Below are positions 35,602-36,996 of a stretch of DNA of 36,996 bases, in pieces. Source of the DNA: a virus (Duplodnaviria; Caudoviricetes); IMG/VR virus record IMGVR_UViG_3300017747_003884, positions 1 to 36,996 of that record. The stretch is one strand, 5' to 3'. Each line of letters begins with the position of its first letter. Position 1 is the stretch's first letter. Position numbers and translations under genes: made by a program. Under the pieces are notes generated by a model. It searched no databases, was not told where the DNA came from, and was given only the letters and a program-made list of their open reading frames with translations.

Positions 35602-35804
35602 CGAAAAACCCTCCCAGGAAGTCGCCGCGGATGCTGGCGGCGGATCTCGTCGCAAACCATGTCGGCTTCGTCGTCAGTCAACTCCGCGTCGTCGTCATCC
35701 CCGATACTGACGCCGTGAATTTCAATGTCGCCGTCCCAATAGTGCCGGTATTCGACGTAAGCGAATCCACGGGGCAGAGACACGGTAATAAATCTGGGCC
35801 ACAT
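35598..35804 (-). CDS. Hypothetical acidic protein
   Basis: GAGGAG RBS before MWPRF. Confidence 0.5.
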   Translation of the reverse strand: MWPRFITVSLPRGFAYVEYRHYWDGDIEIHGVSIGDDDDAELTDDEADMVCDEIRRQHPRRLPGRVFR

Positions 35805-35971
35805 GGCGGCTCCTCTGCGAAGGCAAGGATGTCGGTGATGTCGGGGCTTTGGCGAGTCGCGCCGGATTCGATCTTGCTCCACAGCCATTGGAAGATTCGG
35901 GCGTCGTGGATCGGGTGAAGCTCGGCGACCTCTTGGAGCAGTTCCGAGATCGGGATTTCGACGGTAATCAT
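35678..35971 (-). CDS. Hypothetical protein (3' part overlaps the next gene)
   Basis: GAGGA RBS before MITVEIP; ATGA coupling. Confidence 0.4.
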   Translation of the reverse strand: MITVEIPISELLQEVAELHPIHDARIFQWLWSKIESGATRQSPDITDILAFAEEPPCGPDLLPCLCPVDSLTSNTGTIGTATLKFTASVSGMTTTRS

Positions 35972-36309
35972 GATTGCTTCCTCGCCTGTAGTTCCAGATA
36001 CCACGCGATCTTCGCGGCTACTTGCTCGTGATCGTGGCAATGGTTCCCAAGGTGGTATTTCTTGTTGAAGACCAGCTTCGCCGAACTCGGCCACCACTCG
36101 GCGACCATCGATTCCGAAACCATTTTCCAATGATGGCCTTCATTGTGGACAGTCAGCGTGACGCCCAACTCGCAAAGAACCTCACGCAGCCATTGCTCGT
36201 TTTTCTCGGCCGAGACTTTTCGCCGCTCGTGTCGCTGCGATGGACTTTCTCCGGGCAGGTAGGGGACGATCTTGGACCGGCCCGCGCGATACTTGTCTCG
36301 TAACCCCAT
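35968..36309 (-). CDS. Hypothetical protein
   Basis: GAGGGG RBS; 'NEGHHW...EWWPSS' motif. Confidence 0.6.
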   Translation of the reverse strand: MGLRDKYRAGRSKIVPYLPGESPSQRHERRKVSAEKNEQWLREVLCELGVTLTVHNEGHHWKMVSESMVAEWWPSSAKLVFNKKYHLGNHCHDHEQVAAKIAWYLELQARKQS

Positions 36310-36326
36310 TGCTTGCCCCTCAGATG

Positions 36327-36593
36327 TCAAAGCCTTTGATCGGCTCCGTTGATAATGGCTTCGATCTCGGCATCCACGCGGATAGTCTTCGTTCGCTTCG
36401 CCCGAGGCTTGACCGCCATTCGTTCATCGAACTCCTGGCAGGCTTCGGGCGTGATCCGCCAGCAACTTCGACCGTTGGCCCCGACATCGACGGCTCCAAG
36501 CAGGCCACGGCGGATAAACTCGCGGATCTTCGCCGTGCTGACGCGATAGCGTTTCGCCGCTTCCCGCACAGAAATCGCTTGCTCAATTCGCAT
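36327..36593 (-). CDS. Excisionase-like HTH_17/MerR-type DNA-binding protein
   Basis: ISVREAAKRYRVSTAKIREFIRRGLLGA...WRI. Confidence 0.8.
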   Translation of the reverse strand: MRIEQAISVREAAKRYRVSTAKIREFIRRGLLGAVDVGANGRSCWRITPEACQEFDERMAVKPRAKRTKTIRVDAEIEAIINGADQRL

Positions 36594-36727
36594 GTCACCT
36601 GGGCTTCGGACACGTCATACCGCTCGGCGACTTCGGCGACAGTCAGAAACCGTGGCGCAGGCTTGATGCGACTGATCGCGGCGAGCAGCATTTCGGGGGT
36701 GATGGTTTCGTTGGTCATTGCCACACT

Positions 36728-36996
36728 TTAAGCGACTTCCTCAAATTGGCCGTCAACAGAGAGTCGATAAGCCGTGTTAGGCTTGATCCCCTCGGGGCCG
36801 CCAACCTTTGCGGCTTTCACTTGCGAAACACGGCCCTTGCCATCGTAAGCGGCGAGAACGATCCATCCATTAGGGCCGGCGCTGGCGGTACCGTCATTGC
36901 CGATGGCTGACGCAATCGACCATTCGCCAGATGCTTCGATCTTGGCGCCGTACCCGCTGCTGCCGATCTTGGCGCCGTCCCCGCTGCTGCCGATCT
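36728..36996 (-). CDS. C-terminus of a phage Gly/Ser repeat beta-helix protein (partial, runs off the window)
   Basis: 27-bp repeats encoding SGxGAKIGS; C-term 'VG..GIKPNTAYRL..G.F.EV'. Confidence 0.75.
   Translation of the reverse strand, partial: IGSSGDGAKIGSSGYGAKIEASGEWSIASAIGNDGTASAGPNGWIVLAAYDGKGRVSQVKAAKVGGPEGIKPNTAYRLSVDGQFEEVA

Noticed and set aside
36937-36996. 27-bp tandem repeats as a CRISPR array
   Set aside because: No spacers; in-frame coding repeats (SGxGAKIGS)
1-36996. Genome-wide stop-codon reassignment
   Set aside because: Genes are intact under the standard code and end in TAA, TAG and TGA with tight coupling

Overview
GC-rich segment of a tailed dsDNA phage or prophage in two convergent arms. 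The + arm (1-15.6 kb) carries a siphovirus-type tail operon: tail completion, tail tube, G/GT chaperones with a canonical -1 slippery site, an unusually short tape measure protein, and tip/fibre proteins. It is interrupted by a moron-like insert holding a ~355-nt highly structured candidate ncRNA. A promoter-driven, lysis-positioned cassette follows, with a papain-like C1 protease and many membrane or secreted proteins but no recognisable muramidase or amidase. After that come a truncated Tad1-like ORF, a metallophosphoesterase and a C39 peptidase. The - arm (15.6-37 kb) carries early/middle genes: RecE/RecT-like recombination, SSB, a PAPS-reductase/DndC-like protein, a replication initiator with iterons, DnaB, an amino-MTase with a SNF2-like helicase, a dual-frame C5-MTase, HNH nucleases, DUF5131, DUF1643, a pseudo-tRNA, and a divergent RHH regulator switch. 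Gene content suggests a Planctomycete host, but this is inference only. All family calls come from motif recognition by eye; no searches were run.
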